Assembly (NCBI GenBank): GCA_011754245.1
Contig: JAAMXG010000001.1
Span: 21,152 to 85,151 of the forward strand
Direction: 5' to 3'
From: Buchnera aphidicola (Periphyllus aceris)
GTDB taxonomy: Bacteria; Pseudomonadota; Gammaproteobacteria; Enterobacterales; Enterobacteriaceae
DNA: 64,000 bases
The notes below the pieces were generated by a model, which saw only the letters and a list, made by a program, of their open reading frames with translations, ran no database searches and was not told where the DNA came from. Shown here piece by piece: positions 52,306 through 64,000 of the stretch. Positions within the stretch are counted from its first letter, which is position 1. Each line of letters begins with the position of its first letter. The translations under genes and the position numbers were made by a program.

Positions 52306-53820
52306 TTAATTTAAAATAAAAGGAGAGATTCTTTTACTTATATTAAATATTGATGGATTTGCAATTTTTAATATTATATTTGGATATAAACCAATAAAAA
52401 TTAAAATAAAAGCTAATATAAATAAAATAAAAATTTCCAAAATAGAAATTTTATAAATAAGAAAAGTAGTTTTATAAAAACCATAAAACATTTTATGAAA
52501 AAAATTTAATAAACAAAAAGATAAAAAAATTATTGAAATCATAGATAAAATAATTATTATAGGAAAAAATTTAAAACTTCCTAATAAAATCAAAAATTCT
52601 CCAATAAAATTTCCCGTACCAGGAATACCTAAACTAGCCATAAAAAAAAATAAAAAAAATCCTGGAACATAAGACATTACATTCCATAATCCAATCATTT
52701 TATTTAAATTATAAGTCTTAAAATTTTTATATAATATCTTTGTTAAAATAATTAATGCAGAAGTAGAAAGACTAGAAGAAATCATTTGTATTATCATTCC
52801 TTGATACGCAATATAACTTCCAGAATACATTGCAATTAAAACAAAACCCATATGTGAAATGGACATATATGATATAATTTTTTTAAGATTTTTTTGAGAA
52901 AACATAATAAATAAACTATAAAATATAGAAAATAATCCAAATATACAAAAAATAATAGAATAATAAGTAGACATTTTTGGAAATAAGAATATATTAAAAC
53001 GAAATAAACTATATATTGCTATTTTAATTACAATTCCGATTAAATCAAAAGATCCAGAAATATGAGTATTTTTATGAAAATTTGGAAACCAACTGTGAAA
53101 AGGAATGAAAGGAACTTTTATAGCAAAAGAAAGAAAAAATCCAATCATTAACAAAATTTCTATATTTTTATCTAAAGAAATATTTTTCAATAAATTAAAA
53201 TCAAATGTAAAAATATGATATTGTTGATAATAATTAAAAACTAAAGTTAATATTGAAATTAATAATATTAAACCAGATAATTGAGAATATATTAAATAAC
53301 TATTAGAAGAATGTAATTGTTTTAAAGAATATTTATTATACTTTCCATAAAAAAGAACTATAAAATAAGTAGGAATAATAATTATTTCCCAAAATATAAA
53401 AAATAAAAATAAATCTAAAGATAAAAAAATTCCCATCATATTGGAAATTATTAACATTATACAAAAATAAAAAAATCCATTTTTTTTAATATCTTCATTC
53501 CATGTTAATAAAATAGAAATAAAAGACAAAAATATAGTTAAAAATATCATTAAAAATGATATTCCGTCTATTCCTAAATGAAAACTTACACCTAAAATAG
53601 GAATCCAAGAAATGCAATATTCTGTATCCCATAAAGTACTTAAATTTATATTTTTATATAATATTATTCCGTTCCTAAAAAATATTTTTAAAATTAATAT
53701 AAACATCGAAAATATAAAAAATAATGAAACCAAACAAGGTAGTTTTTTATTTATTTTTTCAGATATCCAAGAAAAAATACCACCTAATAAAGGTAAAAAA
53801 ATTAATAAATAAAGACACAT
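52306..53820 (-). CDS. nuoM: NADH-quinone oxidoreductase subunit M
   Basis: 504 aa antiporter-like membrane protein (E. coli NuoM length class) at its conserved position between nuoL and nuoN. Confidence 0.9.
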   Translation of the reverse strand: MCLYLLIFLPLLGGIFSWISEKINKKLPCLVSLFFIFSMFILILKIFFRNGIILYKNINLSTLWDTEYCISWIPILGVSFHLGIDGISFLMIFLTIFLSFISILLTWNEDIKKNGFFYFCIMLIISNMMGIFLSLDLFLFFIFWEIIIIPTYFIVLFYGKYNKYSLKQLHSSNSYLIYSQLSGLILLISILTLVFNYYQQYHIFTFDFNLLKNISLDKNIEILLMIGFFLSFAIKVPFIPFHSWFPNFHKNTHISGSFDLIGIVIKIAIYSLFRFNIFLFPKMSTYYSIIFCIFGLFSIFYSLFIMFSQKNLKKIISYMSISHMGFVLIAMYSGSYIAYQGMIIQMISSSLSTSALIILTKILYKNFKTYNLNKMIGLWNVMSYVPGFFLFFFMASLGIPGTGNFIGEFLILLGSFKFFPIIIILSMISIIFLSFCLLNFFHKMFYGFYKTTFLIYKISILEIFILFILAFILIFIGLYPNIILKIANPSIFNISKRISPFILN

Positions 53821-53880
53821 AGTTCAACAATCCCATTTTAAAAAAATATTTTAAAAAAATGTTATTTAAATTTTTAAAAA

Positions 53881-55713
53881 TTATATTAATAAATAAAGAA
53901 AAATAGTAACTGATCCTGTAAAAATAGATAAAATATACAAATTTAATTTTCCATTTTCAAAAATTAATAAAAAAATATTTAAAAATTTAAAAATTAATAT
54001 AAAAATTTTTGTAATATTTTTTATATAATCAATAGATAAAATTTTACTTATATAATTAAATGGTTTGACAAAAATATTATTATAAAAATAATCTAAACCA
54101 AAACTATTTTCAAGAAATTTAAAATAATTTAAATACTGTTTTTTATTTAAAAAATAAAAAGTTTTTTTATATTTCAAAACAAAAAAATAATAAGATAAAA
54201 AAACTCCAAAAAAAGAAAAAATTAATATAAAAAACTCAAAAATAATTTTTTTAAAGTTTAATAAATCAATTAAAATTGATATTTTTAACATTGGATAAAA
54301 CAAAATTATAGATAAAAAAGAAGATAATAAACATAAAATTAATAAAGGAAAACAATGAAAAAAATTTTTCACTAATCTAAATTTTTTTCTTTGAAACCTA
54401 TAAAATATTAAAAAAAACATTCTAGAAGAATATATAGCAGTAAAAAATGAACCAATGAATCCAATAATAAAGAAAAAATAATATCCTTGATTAAAAGATT
54501 CCCAAAGTATAGAACCTTTTGTATAAAAACTAGCAGTAATGATTGGAAAAGAAATTAAAGAAAAAACACCAATTATAAAACAAATATATAAAAATAATAA
54601 ATTTTTTCTTGATCCTCCCATTTTAAAAATATTTTTTTCATTATAACAAGAATGTATTAAAGAACCTGATGAAAGAAATAATAAAGCTTTAAAAAAAGAA
54701 TGTGAAAATAAATGAGATATTACAGGAATCCATAACTTCATTCCTAATCCTAAAAACATATAACCAACTTGACTCATTGTAGAATATGCTAAAATTTTCT
54801 TTATATCTTTTTCAAAAATAGCAGAAAAACTAGATATTAAAATAGTAAATGAACCTAATAAAGATATTAAAAATAAAATTTTATTTGATAATTCGAATAA
54901 AAAATATGTTCTTAATATTAAATATACTCCAGCAGTAATCATAGTAGCAGAATGGATTAAAGCAGAAACAGGAGTTGGTCCTACCATAGCTTTAATAAGC
55001 CAAGTTTGTAAAGGAAATTGTGAAGATTTTGCAATAGCACCAATCAAAATTAAAAATGCAATCCATTGATAATAATTCATATTTACTTTTTGAATTTTAT
55101 CAAAAATACTATGTAAATCTACAAAATTTAATGTATTATACTTTAAAAAAATTAAAAAAATAGCTAATAAAATAAATAAATCACCTATTCTAGTTACAAT
55201 AAAAGCTTTCATTGCAGACTTAATGTTATATAAGTCTTGATAATAAAAACCAATTAAAGCATAAGAACAAAAACCTACTAATTCCCAAGATAAATACATT
55301 AGTAAAAAATTATCAGATAAAACTAATATAATCATACCAAAAATAAATAAATTTATATAAGAAAAAAACCTACTTAAATCAAATTTTTTGCTCATATACC
55401 ATATAGAAAAAATTTGTATTAAAAAACCAACACCAGTAATTAACTCAAGCATTATTAAAGATAAACGATCAATAAAAAAACCAAAATTAATAGGAATTTT
55501 ATCTATAATTATCCAATTCCAAAATATGTTTTCAAAATTTTTATCAATAGAATTAAAATAATTTAAAAAAATATAATTAGTTAATACAAAACAAATAAAA
55601 GTAGGAAAAACTCCAAAAAAATTATAAAAAACTTTTGAAAATTTTTCTTTAGAAAAAATAATTATTAAAAAACTTATTAAAGGTAAAAAAATTATAGGAA
55701 ACAATAAATTCAT
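53881..55713 (-). CDS. nuoL: NADH-quinone oxidoreductase subunit L
   Basis: 610 aa. N-terminus [15 protein letters not shown] resembles E. coli Nuo[21 protein letters not shown] motif. Long C-terminal lateral-helix region. Confidence 0.92.
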   Translation of the reverse strand: MNLLFPIIFLPLISFLIIIFSKEKFSKVFYNFFGVFPTFICFVLTNYIFLNYFNSIDKNFENIFWNWIIIDKIPINFGFFIDRLSLIMLELITGVGFLIQIFSIWYMSKKFDLSRFFSYINLFIFGMIILVLSDNFLLMYLSWELVGFCSYALIGFYYQDLYNIKSAMKAFIVTRIGDLFILLAIFLIFLKYNTLNFVDLHSIFDKIQKVNMNYYQWIAFLILIGAIAKSSQFPLQTWLIKAMVGPTPVSALIHSATMITAGVYLILRTYFLFELSNKILFLISLLGSFTILISSFSAIFEKDIKKILAYSTMSQVGYMFLGLGMKLWIPVISHLFSHSFFKALLFLSSGSLIHSCYNEKNIFKMGGSRKNLLFLYICFIIGVFSLISFPIITASFYTKGSILWESFNQGYYFFFIIGFIGSFFTAIYSSRMFFLIFYRFQRKKFRLVKNFFHCFPLLILCLLSSFLSIILFYPMLKISILIDLLNFKKIIFEFFILIFSFFGVFLSYYFFVLKYKKTFYFLNKKQYLNYFKFLENSFGLDYFYNNIFVKPFNYISKILSIDYIKNITKIFILIFKFLNIFLLIFENGKLNLYILSIFTGSVTIFLYLLI

Positions 55714-56054
55714 TTTTTCATCTCACTTAAAATATCAATATCTAAAGTTTTTTTATATTTATAAACATTAATTAAAAAAGCTAAACCAATACTAGCTTCA
55801 GAAGCTGCTATAGTAATAATAAAAATATATATTACTTGCCCATCTATTTGATTCCAATAATTTCCTATAACAACAAAAAATAAAGCTAAAGAATTAATCA
55901 TAATTTCTAAACCTAGAAGAACATATAATAAATTTCTTCGAACAATCAAACATAAAAATCCCAAACAAAACAATATAATTGATAAAATTAAACCATTTAA
56001 AATAATTATCAAAATAATCTCCAAAGAAGCAATAATATTATTCGTCTTTAACAT
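55710..56054 (-). CDS. nuoK: NADH-quinone oxidoreductase subunit K
   Basis: [23 protein letters not shown] and [12 protein letters not shown] match NuoK. The ATG at 56054 overlaps the nuoJ end by 17 nt. A shorter product from the internal TTG (codon 11) would match E. coli length better. TGA stop overlaps the nuoL ATG. Confidence 0.85.
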   Translation of the reverse strand: MLKTNNIIASLEIILIIILNGLILSIILFCLGFLCLIVRRNLLYVLLGLEIMINSLALFFVVIGNYWNQIDGQVIYIFIITIAASEASIGLAFLINVYKYKKTLDIDILSEMKK

Positions 56055-56544
56055 ATTTTTTGTTATTAAATAAATGAAATACTATTATTAATGCAGCTAA
56101 CAATAACATCGAAGAACACTCTACAAACCAGATATATTTATTAAATAAAGCAATTCCTATTAAACTCGTATCATATAAATTAAAATGAACTAAAACATCT
56201 GGTATTCTAAATATAACGTGAAATATTATAAAAAAAATTATAATTGATAAAAACAATGAAAAATAAAATATTTTTTTTGAAAATAATTTTTTTTCTTCTT
56301 TAAGAGTTTGTTCTCCCAAATTTAATACCATAATAGCAAAAACAAAAAGAACCATAATAGCCCCAGAATATATAATTGTTTCCAAAGCACCTATAAAATA
56401 AGCACCAATAGAAAAATATATTCCTGAAAAAGATAAAAAAGAAACAATTAAATATAACAAAGAATACAAAGGATTTTTTTGAAAAATAACAAGAATAGTC
56501 GATAAAACTGAAATAAAACTAAAAATATAAAAAAAAATATTCAT
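56038..56544 (-). CDS. nuoJ: NADH-quinone oxidoreductase subunit J
   Basis: 168 aa hydrophobic protein between nuoI and nuoK. The pattern of N-terminal helices with [21 protein letters not shown] fits NuoJ. Confidence 0.88.
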   Translation of the reverse strand: MNIFFYIFSFISVLSTILVIFQKNPLYSLLYLIVSFLSFSGIYFSIGAYFIGALETIIYSGAIMVLFVFAIMVLNLGEQTLKEEKKLFSKKIFYFSLFLSIIIFFIIFHVIFRIPDVLVHFNLYDTSLIGIALFNKYIWFVECSSMLLLAALIIVFHLFNNKKYVKDE

Positions 56545-56554
56545 AAATTATTTC

Positions 56555-57097
56555 CTAAGGTAAAATACTTTTTAAATCAACTTTTTTTACTTCTTTCTTA
56601 ATAAAATATTTTTTAGGTTCTTTAATTGAAATTCCTGAATATTTATAAAAATCATAATCAGAATATTTTCCAGGACCAGAAATTAATAAATCTTTCTTTT
56701 CATATATTAAATCTGATCTTTTATATTCTGCCAATTCAAAATCTGGAATCAATTGAATTGCAGCTGTTGGACAAGCTTCTTCACATAATCCACAAAATAT
56801 ACATCGAGAAAAATTTATTCTAAAAAACTTTGCATGCCAACGCTTATTTGATAAATTTTCTTTTTGTAATGATATACAACCTACAGGACAAACAACAGCA
56901 CATAAATTACAAGCAACACAACGTTCTTTTTTATCTTTAGTTTTTGTTAAAACAATTCTTCCTCTATATCTTGGAGATAATGAAACAGGAACTTCAGGAT
57001 ATAATTTTGTTTCCCTTTTAGAAAAAGAATTCATGAAAATGAAAAACATACTATTTATTTGAGAAAATATACCCATAATAATATTTTTTAAAAACAT
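56555..57097 (-). CDS. nuoI: NADH-quinone oxidoreductase subunit I (2x[4Fe-4S] ferredoxin)
   Basis: 180 aa. [16 protein letters not shown] and [16 protein letters not shown] cluster motifs. Nearly collinear with E. coli NuoI, including the C-terminal DLKSILP. Confidence 0.96.
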   Translation of the reverse strand: MFLKNIIMGIFSQINSMFFIFMNSFSKRETKLYPEVPVSLSPRYRGRIVLTKTKDKKERCVACNLCAVVCPVGCISLQKENLSNKRWHAKFFRINFSRCIFCGLCEEACPTAAIQLIPDFELAEYKRSDLIYEKKDLLISGPGKYSDYDFYKYSGISIKEPKKYFIKKEVKKVDLKSILP

Positions 57098-57118
57098 ATA
57101 TAAACATCCTTAATTTTA

Positions 57119-58093
57119 TTATGTATTATATAAAGTTAAAAAACTTGTAAAAATAAGATTAATTAAAGAAATAGGTAAACAAAACATCCAACCAAAAATC
57201 ATTACTTGATCATATCTAGGTCGAGGTAAAGATGCACGTATTAAAATAAATAAAAATAAAAAAAATAAAGATTTTAAAAACAACCAAACAAATGATGGAT
57301 AAAAAAAACCATAAAACCCTCCAAAAAATAATATTGTTATTAAAAACGACATAATAATCATAGAAACATATTCTCCAATAAAAAACATTCCAAATTTCAT
57401 TCCAGAATATTCAATATGAAAACCATCCGCAAGTTCTTGTTCTGATTCAGGTTGATCGAATGGATGTCTATGACAAACAGCCAAAGAAGAAATAAAAAAC
57501 ATTAAAAATCCTAAAAATTGAGGAATAAAATTCCATATATGTTCTTGACTTCGAATAATATCTAATAAATTAAAAGAACCTGCTTTTACTACAGTACCCA
57601 TTACAGATAATCCAAGAAATACCTCATAACTTAAAGTTTGAGCAGATGCTCTAATTGCCGCCAAATATGAATATTTATTATTACTAGACCATCCTGCTAA
57701 TAATATTGAATAAATAGATAAACCTGCCATCATTAAAAAAAATAATACACCAATTTTTAAATTTATTATATATTTATTAATAGAAAAAGGAATCATAACA
57801 ACTGTTAATAAAATAGTACTAAAAGCAAAAACAGGAGATAAAATAAAAATTAATTTATTACTAAAATTAGGTATCCAATCTTCCTTAAAAAAAATTTTTA
57901 TCATATCCGCACATAATTGCAAAGAACCAAACCAACCTACTCTATTTGGACCATATCTATTTTGAAAAAGAGCTAACAATCTTCTTTCAATAACTGTTAA
58001 CATTGCTCCAAATATTACAATTGAAAAAAAAACTAAAAAAGAAAAAAAAATATTTAAGATTAAAGTTTTATTTATTATAGATAAAAAATACAT
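57119..58093 (-). CDS. nuoH: NADH-quinone oxidoreductase subunit H
   Basis: 324 aa. [71 protein letters not shown] motifs. Confidence 0.96.
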   Translation of the reverse strand: MYFLSIINKTLILNIFFSFLVFFSIVIFGAMLTVIERRLLALFQNRYGPNRVGWFGSLQLCADMIKIFFKEDWIPNFSNKLIFILSPVFAFSTILLTVVMIPFSINKYIINLKIGVLFFLMMAGLSIYSILLAGWSSNNKYSYLAAIRASAQTLSYEVFLGLSVMGTVVKAGSFNLLDIIRSQEHIWNFIPQFLGFLMFFISSLAVCHRHPFDQPESEQELADGFHIEYSGMKFGMFFIGEYVSMIIMSFLITILFFGGFYGFFYPSFVWLFLKSLFFLFLFILIRASLPRPRYDQVMIFGWMFCLPISLINLIFTSFLTLYNT

Positions 58094-58094
58094 T

Positions 58095-60818
58095 TTAAAC
58101 TTCCTTTAAATCTTGTATTTGTTTTCCAATAAGAAAAACAGATGTTTGAAATTGTCCTATTGGTAAAGCTATTTGTCCTAACTCTAAAGAATTTGAATAA
58201 ACTGCAAAAAAATTATAACTATCATTTAAACATGTAAAAGTAACTTTTTTTTTGTTAGAAATATTAAAACGTTTAGCGTCTAAAGGATTTATTAAAAGAT
58301 AAGAAGGCTTAATTTTTTTTTTAATTAAATCTGAATATTGACTCATTTCTTCCGTACCAAACAATAAATAATAAGGAACTATAATAAGATTTTTATTTTT
58401 AACAAAAACTCCAGGAGAATCATGAAAATAATTTATTTTTTTTTTCTCATTTTTTTGAAACAAAATTTTTCCAGGATTTCCTGCTAATAAACTTCCAGAA
58501 ACTTCTTTTTGAAATTTATGTAATCCTTGCGAAGAATTCCATTCAGGAGACCATACAAAAGGTATTAAAGAAGTATATTTTTTATATGTTGAACTTCCTT
58601 CCATTGAAAAAGAAAACATTGAATCTTTATCATTAGACTGTTTAATTTCATGAACATCTATATCTGCTCTTAAAGAAGTTCTTCCACTAGATCTATGAGG
58701 AGATCTAGGTACTTTTTGACCAAAAACTCTAAATGACGCTCTAGGAGACGCTTTTTTAATATTTTCTAAAAATGGGATTTTCTGAACACAAATACTAATA
58801 AAATCATCTAAATTTATTTTTTTCTCAATAACTTTATATAAATAATAATTTATTTTATTTAAAATTTTCCAAGAAGAAATAATAGAAATTTTTTTGTTAT
58901 AAAATTTTGGATCATATACTTGAAAAAATCTTTGTGCACGTAACTCATAATTAATAACTGTTCCCGTACTTTCAAAAAAATTTGCAACAGGAATAGAAAT
59001 ATTAGCTATTTTAAAAGTTTTCGTCTTTTGATGATCCATTACAATAATATTAGTAAAATTTTTTAAAATTTTATTTAAATAAAATTTCGGAAATGAATAA
59101 AATAAATCATTTTCTACAACAATTAAAGTATTATTTTTTTTTTTTTTAACTTTTTCTAAAGATTTATTTAAAGATAAACCATTAATTATAGAAAGTCCTA
59201 AAGAATTTGCCTGCGGGGTTAATAAAATTAGACCAATATGAAAACCTAATTTTTTTAAATTTAACGCCAAATTATAAGAAGATTTTATTAAAGATAAATT
59301 TCTAGAATGAGAACCAGAAACTATTAGTATTCTTTTTGATTTTAATAATATTTTAGAAATATATAACGATTTTTCTTTTATTTCGTTTTTAAATGGTCCA
59401 TTTAAATCATTTTTTTTATTTATATTTTTTAAAATACAATTTATAAAAAATATTTGATCAAATATATTCGAATGAAATGAATAAGACGAAACATCTTCTA
59501 ACCTAGTTTTCTTAATATATGTTAAAAATAAGAACTTTTTTATATTAACAAAAGAATTATTTATAGCAAAACTATGCCAATTTGGAATATTATTTTTTTT
59601 TAAAAATTTATTTGATCTTTTCTTCAAAGCTTGTCTAATTGATAAAGCTAATCTTGAAGAAGTTTGAGTAATATCTTCCCCTAAAACTAATATTGAATCA
59701 TAATCTTCCACTTCTTTTAAAGAAGGAACATGAAAAACATTTTTTTTTAATATTTTTAAAATTAATTGTGTGCATTCATGATCAATATCAATCATACCTG
59801 TAGAAAAATTATCTCTTCCTACTAATTCTTTCAAAGCAAAATTAGTTTCAATGCTAGCTCTTGATGAACCAATTCCTAAAACTAAATTAGAATTTTTTAA
59901 AATTTTTACAATTTTTTTAATACTTTTTTTAGAACTGACTTGTTTTTCAAAAATATTATTTTTTTTAAAATAAAAGTATTTCGGTCTATTTAAAGCATTC
60001 GAATAACCATATCCAAAACGACCTAAATCACATAAAAAATAATTATTAATATCTTCATGATACCTATTTTCAATACGTATAATTTTATTATATCGTTCAC
60101 CAGCAATTATGTTACATCCAATACTACAATGCGAACATATACTAGGAGCATTCTGAATATCCCACTTTCTAGAATAATTTTCAGAATAAGTTTTATCTGT
60201 AAAAACACCTGTTGGACAAACATCAATTAAATTTCCAGAATATTCACTTTCTAAATCACCATCTTTAAATCTTCCAAAATAAATATTATTACTTGATCCA
60301 TAAACATTAAAATCTTTTCCACCAGCATAATCTCGATAATATCTAACACATCTATAACATGATATACATCGATTCATTTCATGTGATATAAAATTTCCAA
60401 GATATTGGCTTTTATAAATTTTTTTATCAAATCTATATCGACGTGAATAATGTTTACTCATCACAGTCATATCTTGTAAATGACAATTTCCCCCTTCTTC
60501 ACAAACAGGACAATCATGAGGATGATTTAACATTAATAATTCAATAATATTCTTTCGAAAAATAAAAGATTCTTGATCATTAATGGTAATAACTATATTT
60601 TTTTCTACTGGAGTCATACAAGACATCACTAAGATTCCATGAGAATCATTTTTATTCTGATATTTTTTAACTGCACATTGTCTACATGCTCCAATACTAC
60701 CTAATTTTGGATGCCAACAAAAATAAGGAATATTAAATCCTAAATTTAAACAAGATTCTAGTAAATTATGTGATTTTTTAACAAAATACTTTTTTCCATC
60801 TATATAAATTTTCACCAT
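58095..60818 (-). CDS. nuoG: NADH-quinone oxidoreductase subunit G
   Basis: [37 protein letters not shown] aligns with the E. coli NuoG start (MATIHVDGKEY). 2Fe-2S and 4Fe-4S cysteine motifs ([31 protein letters not shown]). The ORF track start 60833 is TTG; ATG 60818 is preferred. Confidence 0.95.
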   Translation of the reverse strand: MVKIYIDGKKYFVKKSHNLLESCLNLGFNIPYFCWHPKLGSIGACRQCAVKKYQNKNDSHGILVMSCMTPVEKNIVITINDQESFIFRKNIIELLMLNHPHDCPVCEEGGNCHLQDMTVMSKHYSRRYRFDKKIYKSQYLGNFISHEMNRCISCYRCVRYYRDYAGGKDFNVYGSSNNIYFGRFKDGDLESEYSGNLIDVCPTGVFTDKTYSENYSRKWDIQNAPSICSHCSIGCNIIAGERYNKIIRIENRYHEDINNYFLCDLGRFGYGYSNALNRPKYFYFKKNNIFEKQVSSKKSIKKIVKILKNSNLVLGIGSSRASIETNFALKELVGRDNFSTGMIDIDHECTQLILKILKKNVFHVPSLKEVEDYDSILVLGEDITQTSSRLALSIRQALKKRSNKFLKKNNIPNWHSFAINNSFVNIKKFLFLTYIKKTRLEDVSSYSFHSNIFDQIFFINCILKNINKKNDLNGPFKNEIKEKSLYISKILLKSKRILIVSGSHSRNLSLIKSSYNLALNLKKLGFHIGLILLTPQANSLGLSIINGLSLNKSLEKVKKKKNNTLIVVENDLFYSFPKFYLNKILKNFTNIIVMDHQKTKTFKIANISIPVANFFESTGTVINYELRAQRFFQVYDPKFYNKKISIISSWKILNKINYYLYKVIEKKINLDDFISICVQKIPFLENIKKASPRASFRVFGQKVPRSPHRSSGRTSLRADIDVHEIKQSNDKDSMFSFSMEGSSTYKKYTSLIPFVWSPEWNSSQGLHKFQKEVSGSLLAGNPGKILFQKNEKKKINYFHDSPGVFVKNKNLIIVPYYLLFGTEEMSQYSDLIKKKIKPSYLLINPLDAKRFNISNKKKVTFTCLNDSYNFFAVYSNSLELGQIALPIGQFQTSVFLIGKQIQDLKEV

Positions 60819-60948
60819 AATAAATTTTTCCAAATTTTTTAAAATTTAATAAAAAAAAAGAAATAATAAATATTTATGTATACTAAAAAAATTTATAAAT
60901 ATTTTTTTTTGATTTTTTTTTTTTTTTTTTATAATTTTTAAATATTAA

Positions 60949-62262
60949 TTAAATTCCAGAAATTTTTTTTATAATTTTTTTTTTTATTTTTATAATTCCA
61001 TTTTCGAACTCTGAACGAAAATATTTTATTGCACTCTTTAAAGGTGATATTGCACCTGGTGCATGAGCACAAAAAGTTTTTCCAGGACCCATTTGAAAAC
61101 ATAAATTCTCTAAAATTTCTAAATCTTCTGAATGTCCATTTTTTTTTTTAATAGATTCTAAAATTTTTACAATCCATGGAAGTCCATCTCGACAAGGCGT
61201 ACATAACCCACAAGATTCTCGAGAAAAAAACTTTTCTAAATTTAGAACTAAAGAAACAATATTTACTTTGTTATCTATAGCAAATGCCAATCCCGTTCCT
61301 AATCTACTTCCAACATTTTGTATACTTAAAAAACCCATTTTAACATCAATATGTTTTTTAGTTAAAAAATCGGTTCCAGCTCCTCCAGGAAGCCAAGCTT
61401 TCAATTTTAAACCATCTTTAATTCCATGAGCATAATCTTCAAGTATCTCTCTTGCAGTAGTACCGAAAGGAAGTTCCCAAACTCCTGGATTTTTAACAGA
61501 ACCAGAAAAACCCATTAATTTAGTACCAGAATCCTCATTTCTTGATAAATTTTTATACCAATCAACTGAATGAGAAATAATAGCTGGAACATTTGACAAA
61601 GTTTCAACGTTATTAACACAAGTTGGATAACCCCATAATCCTAAATTCGCTGGAAAAGGAGGTTTTAATCTAGGATTAGCTCTTTTCCCTTCTAAAGAAT
61701 TAATTAATGCTGTTTCTTCCCCACAAATATATCTTCCAGCTCCGGTATGTAAATATAACTCAAACGAAAAATTAGTATTTAAAATATTTTTTCCTAAAAA
61801 ATTTTTTTTATATGCTTCATCTATTGCTTTAATTAATATTTTTTCAGGAACTAAATATTCTCCTCTTAAAAATATATATCCACATGAAACTTTTAAAGCA
61901 AAAGCACTAATTATCATCCCTTCAATTAATTGATGAGGACAATTTTCTATTATCCATCGATCTTTATATGTTCCTGGTTCCATTTCATCAGCGTTACATA
62001 CCAAATATCGTTTTTTATGTTCTTCATTTTTTGGCATTAAACTCCATTTTAATCCAGTTGAAAAACCAGCCCCTCCTCTACCTTTCAATCCAGATCGTAA
62101 AACTTTATCAATAATACTATGAGAATTCATATCTTTTAAAGATTTTAATAAAGATTGATATCCATTTTTATTAATATATTCTTTTATCCATACAGTTTCT
62201 TTATCTTTTCTAAATCTCCAAGTTAAAGGATGAGTTTCTTCTGATAAATTTTTATATTTCAT
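60949..62262 (-). CDS. nuoF: NADH-quinone oxidoreductase subunit F (NADH/FMN-binding)
   Basis: 437 aa. [47 protein letters not shown] motifs. Confidence 0.97.
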   Translation of the reverse strand: MKYKNLSEETHPLTWRFRKDKETVWIKEYINKNGYQSLLKSLKDMNSHSIIDKVLRSGLKGRGGAGFSTGLKWSLMPKNEEHKKRYLVCNADEMEPGTYKDRWIIENCPHQLIEGMIISAFALKVSCGYIFLRGEYLVPEKILIKAIDEAYKKNFLGKNILNTNFSFELYLHTGAGRYICGEETALINSLEGKRANPRLKPPFPANLGLWGYPTCVNNVETLSNVPAIISHSVDWYKNLSRNEDSGTKLMGFSGSVKNPGVWELPFGTTAREILEDYAHGIKDGLKLKAWLPGGAGTDFLTKKHIDVKMGFLSIQNVGSRLGTGLAFAIDNKVNIVSLVLNLEKFFSRESCGLCTPCRDGLPWIVKILESIKKKNGHSEDLEILENLCFQMGPGKTFCAHAPGAISPLKSAIKYFRSEFENGIIKIKKKIIKKISGI

Positions 62263-62756
62263 TTTATCGAATCCAATAATTTTAAAATAGAAATTTTATT
62301 TACATTAAAATATGTTTTTTCATTAATCATTATAACTGGACCTTTATCACAAGCTCCTAAACAACAAATAGGAAGAAAAGTAATATTTTTATCTTGTGTA
62401 GTCTTTCCAAACTTAACATTTAAAGTTTTATTAATTATTTTTTTTATTTTTTTATATCCTAAAACATAACATACCATGCTATCACAAATTTTAATTACAT
62501 AACGACCCATAGGTTTTCTAAAAATTTGACTATAAAAAGTTGCTACACTTTCTATATCACTAATAGAAATATTTAATATTTTAGAAATAAATTTTATAGA
62601 ACTATCAGAAACCCAACCATAGTATTTTTGAACAATTTTTAAAGATTCAATTAAAACTGATTGACTTGTCGGAAAATTATTTCTTATTTTTAAAATCTCA
62701 GATTTAATTAAAGCATTTATAAAATACTTTTCTTGACTAATTTTTTTTTTTATCAT
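62259..62756 (-). CDS. nuoE: NADH-quinone oxidoreductase subunit E (2Fe-2S)
   Basis: 165 aa. [37 protein letters not shown] cysteine ligands. ATGA overlap with nuoF. Confidence 0.95.
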   Translation of the reverse strand: MIKKKISQEKYFINALIKSEILKIRNNFPTSQSVLIESLKIVQKYYGWVSDSSIKFISKILNISISDIESVATFYSQIFRKPMGRYVIKICDSMVCYVLGYKKIKKIINKTLNVKFGKTTQDKNITFLPICCLGACDKGPVIMINEKTYFNVNKISILKLLDSIK

Positions 62757-62760
62757 TTTT

Positions 62761-64000
62761 TTACCTATCTACATCAGACATAACGAAGTCAATACTGCCT
62801 AAGTAAGTAATTAAATCTGATATAACACTACCATTAATTACTGACGGAATTTGTTGTAAATGAGGAAAGCTTGGAGTTCTAATTCTAGTACGATAACTCA
62901 TCGTATTTCCATCGCTAATTATATAATAACTATTAATTCCTTTTGTAGCTTCAATCATTTGAAAACTTTCTCCCACAGGAATTACTGTTCCCCAAGAAAC
63001 CTGTAAAAAATGTGTTATTAAAGTTTCAATATTTTGTAAAGTACACTGTTTATATGGAGGAGTTGTTAAAGGATGATCAGTTTTATAATCTCCTTCCGGC
63101 ATATTTTTTAAACATTGATCCAAAATTTTTAAACTTTGATATATTTCTTCAACTTTTAACATCACTCTACTATAACAATCACTAATACCATTCCCTAATG
63201 GAACTTCAAATTCAAAATTTTCATATCCTGAATAAGGTCTAACTTTTCTAATATCAAAATTTGCACCAGTTGCTCTTAAACCAGATCCAGTAACTCCCCA
63301 ATTTAAAGCATCTTGTAAACAATAATTTGCTACTCCTTTAGAACGAGAAATTAATATGCTATTCTTTAAAGCTATTTTTATATATAAATCTAATCTTTTA
63401 GGAAGCCATTCTAATAATTCTTTTAAAAAAATATTCCAACCTTTAGGTAAATCATGAGCAACACCTCCAATTCTAAACCAAGCTGGATGCATTCTAAATC
63501 CAGTAATAAATTCTATTACATCATATACTTTTTGTCGATCAGTAAAAGCTAAAAAAACTGTACTCATTGCTCCAACGTCTTGAATAAAAGTAGATATATA
63601 TAATAAATGACTATTTATTCTAAATAATTCCGATAACATAATTCTAATAAATTCAACTCGAGAAGAAACTTTTATTCCTGATAATTTTTCAATAGATAAA
63701 ATATATGGCATTTCATTTACACAACCTCCTAAATATTCCACTCTATCTGTATATGGAATATAACTATGCCAAGATTGTCTTTCTCCCATTTTTTCAGCTC
63801 CTCTATGATGATAACCAATATCAGGAACACAATTAACTATTTTTTCTCCTTTTAATTGAAGAACAATTCTAAATGCTCCATGCGCAGAAGGATGATTTGG
63901 TCCTAAATTTAAAAACATAAAATCTTCATTTTTATCTTTTCTTTTCATTCCCCATTCTTCTGGTCGAAACTTTAAATCCTTCATTGCTGAATCTTGCAAA
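62761..64000 (-). CDS. nuoC: NADH-quinone oxidoreductase fused subunit C/D, C-terminal (NuoD) part; 5' end lies beyond window
   Basis: [38 protein letters not shown]-terminal [10 protein letters not shown] match the NuoD moiety. The frame is open to the window edge and the preceding residues look like the NuoC-NuoD linker, so the gene is truncated by the window. Confidence 0.93.
   Translation of the reverse strand, partial: LQDSAMKDLKFRPEEWGMKRKDKNEDFMFLNLGPNHPSAHGAFRIVLQLKGEKIVNCVPDIGYHHRGAEKMGERQSWHSYIPYTDRVEYLGGCVNEMPYILSIEKLSGIKVSSRVEFIRIMLSELFRINSHLLYISTFIQDVGAMSTVFLAFTDRQKVYDVIEFITGFRMHPAWFRIGGVAHDLPKGWNIFLKELLEWLPKRLDLYIKIALKNSILISRSKGVANYCLQDALNWGVTGSGLRATGANFDIRKVRPYSGYENFEFEVPLGNGISDCYSRVMLKVEEIYQSLKILDQCLKNMPEGDYKTDHPLTTPPYKQCTLQNIETLITHFLQVSWGTVIPVGESFQMIEATKGINSYYIISDGNTMSYRTRIRTPSFPHLQQIPSVINGSVISDLITYLGSIDFVMSDVDR

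Overview
Extremely AT-rich sequence (roughly one-fifth G+C by eye; spacers almost free of G/C) with densely packed gammaproteobacterial housekeeping genes and very lysine-rich proteins. Gene content and order (rpsB/map-dapD-degP-ilvIH-rsmH-ftsAZ-erpA-lpdA/aceFE-secA-truA-dksA-pcnB-panBC-thrABC-ychF-pth-sodA-rnt-grxD-ssrA-grpE-ung-ahpC-gyrA-pta/ackA-sirB1-prmC-prfA-prs-yqhA-cvpA-nuoN..C) match, from memory, an obligate insect endosymbiont. The best fit is a strongly reduced Buchnera aphidicola lineage, such as those of Cinara aphids; this cannot be confirmed without a database search. I can support 51 protein genes (2 cut by window edges), one tmRNA, several intrinsic-terminator-like hairpins and one promoter candidate. 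I saw no tRNA or rRNA genes, IS or transposon, prophage, CRISPR array, defence or toxin-antitoxin genes, or clear pseudogenes. The standard code applies: TGA is used as a stop and full-length orthologs read through without recoding. I do not see a convincing novel multi-gene system. The window looks like ordinary reduced-genome core. The items worth a second look are signatures of genome erosion: a collapsed dcw cluster, oversized gene-free spacers between convergent genes, and lost leader or attenuator regulation. Others are an 83-nt poly(A) homopolymer, long in-frame poly(A) tracts in essential genes (A20 in prfA), and a few retained proteins of unknown function (DUF2076-like acidic protein, YqhA, SirB1). 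All homology calls rest on my recollection of E. coli and family sequences and motifs, not on searches.
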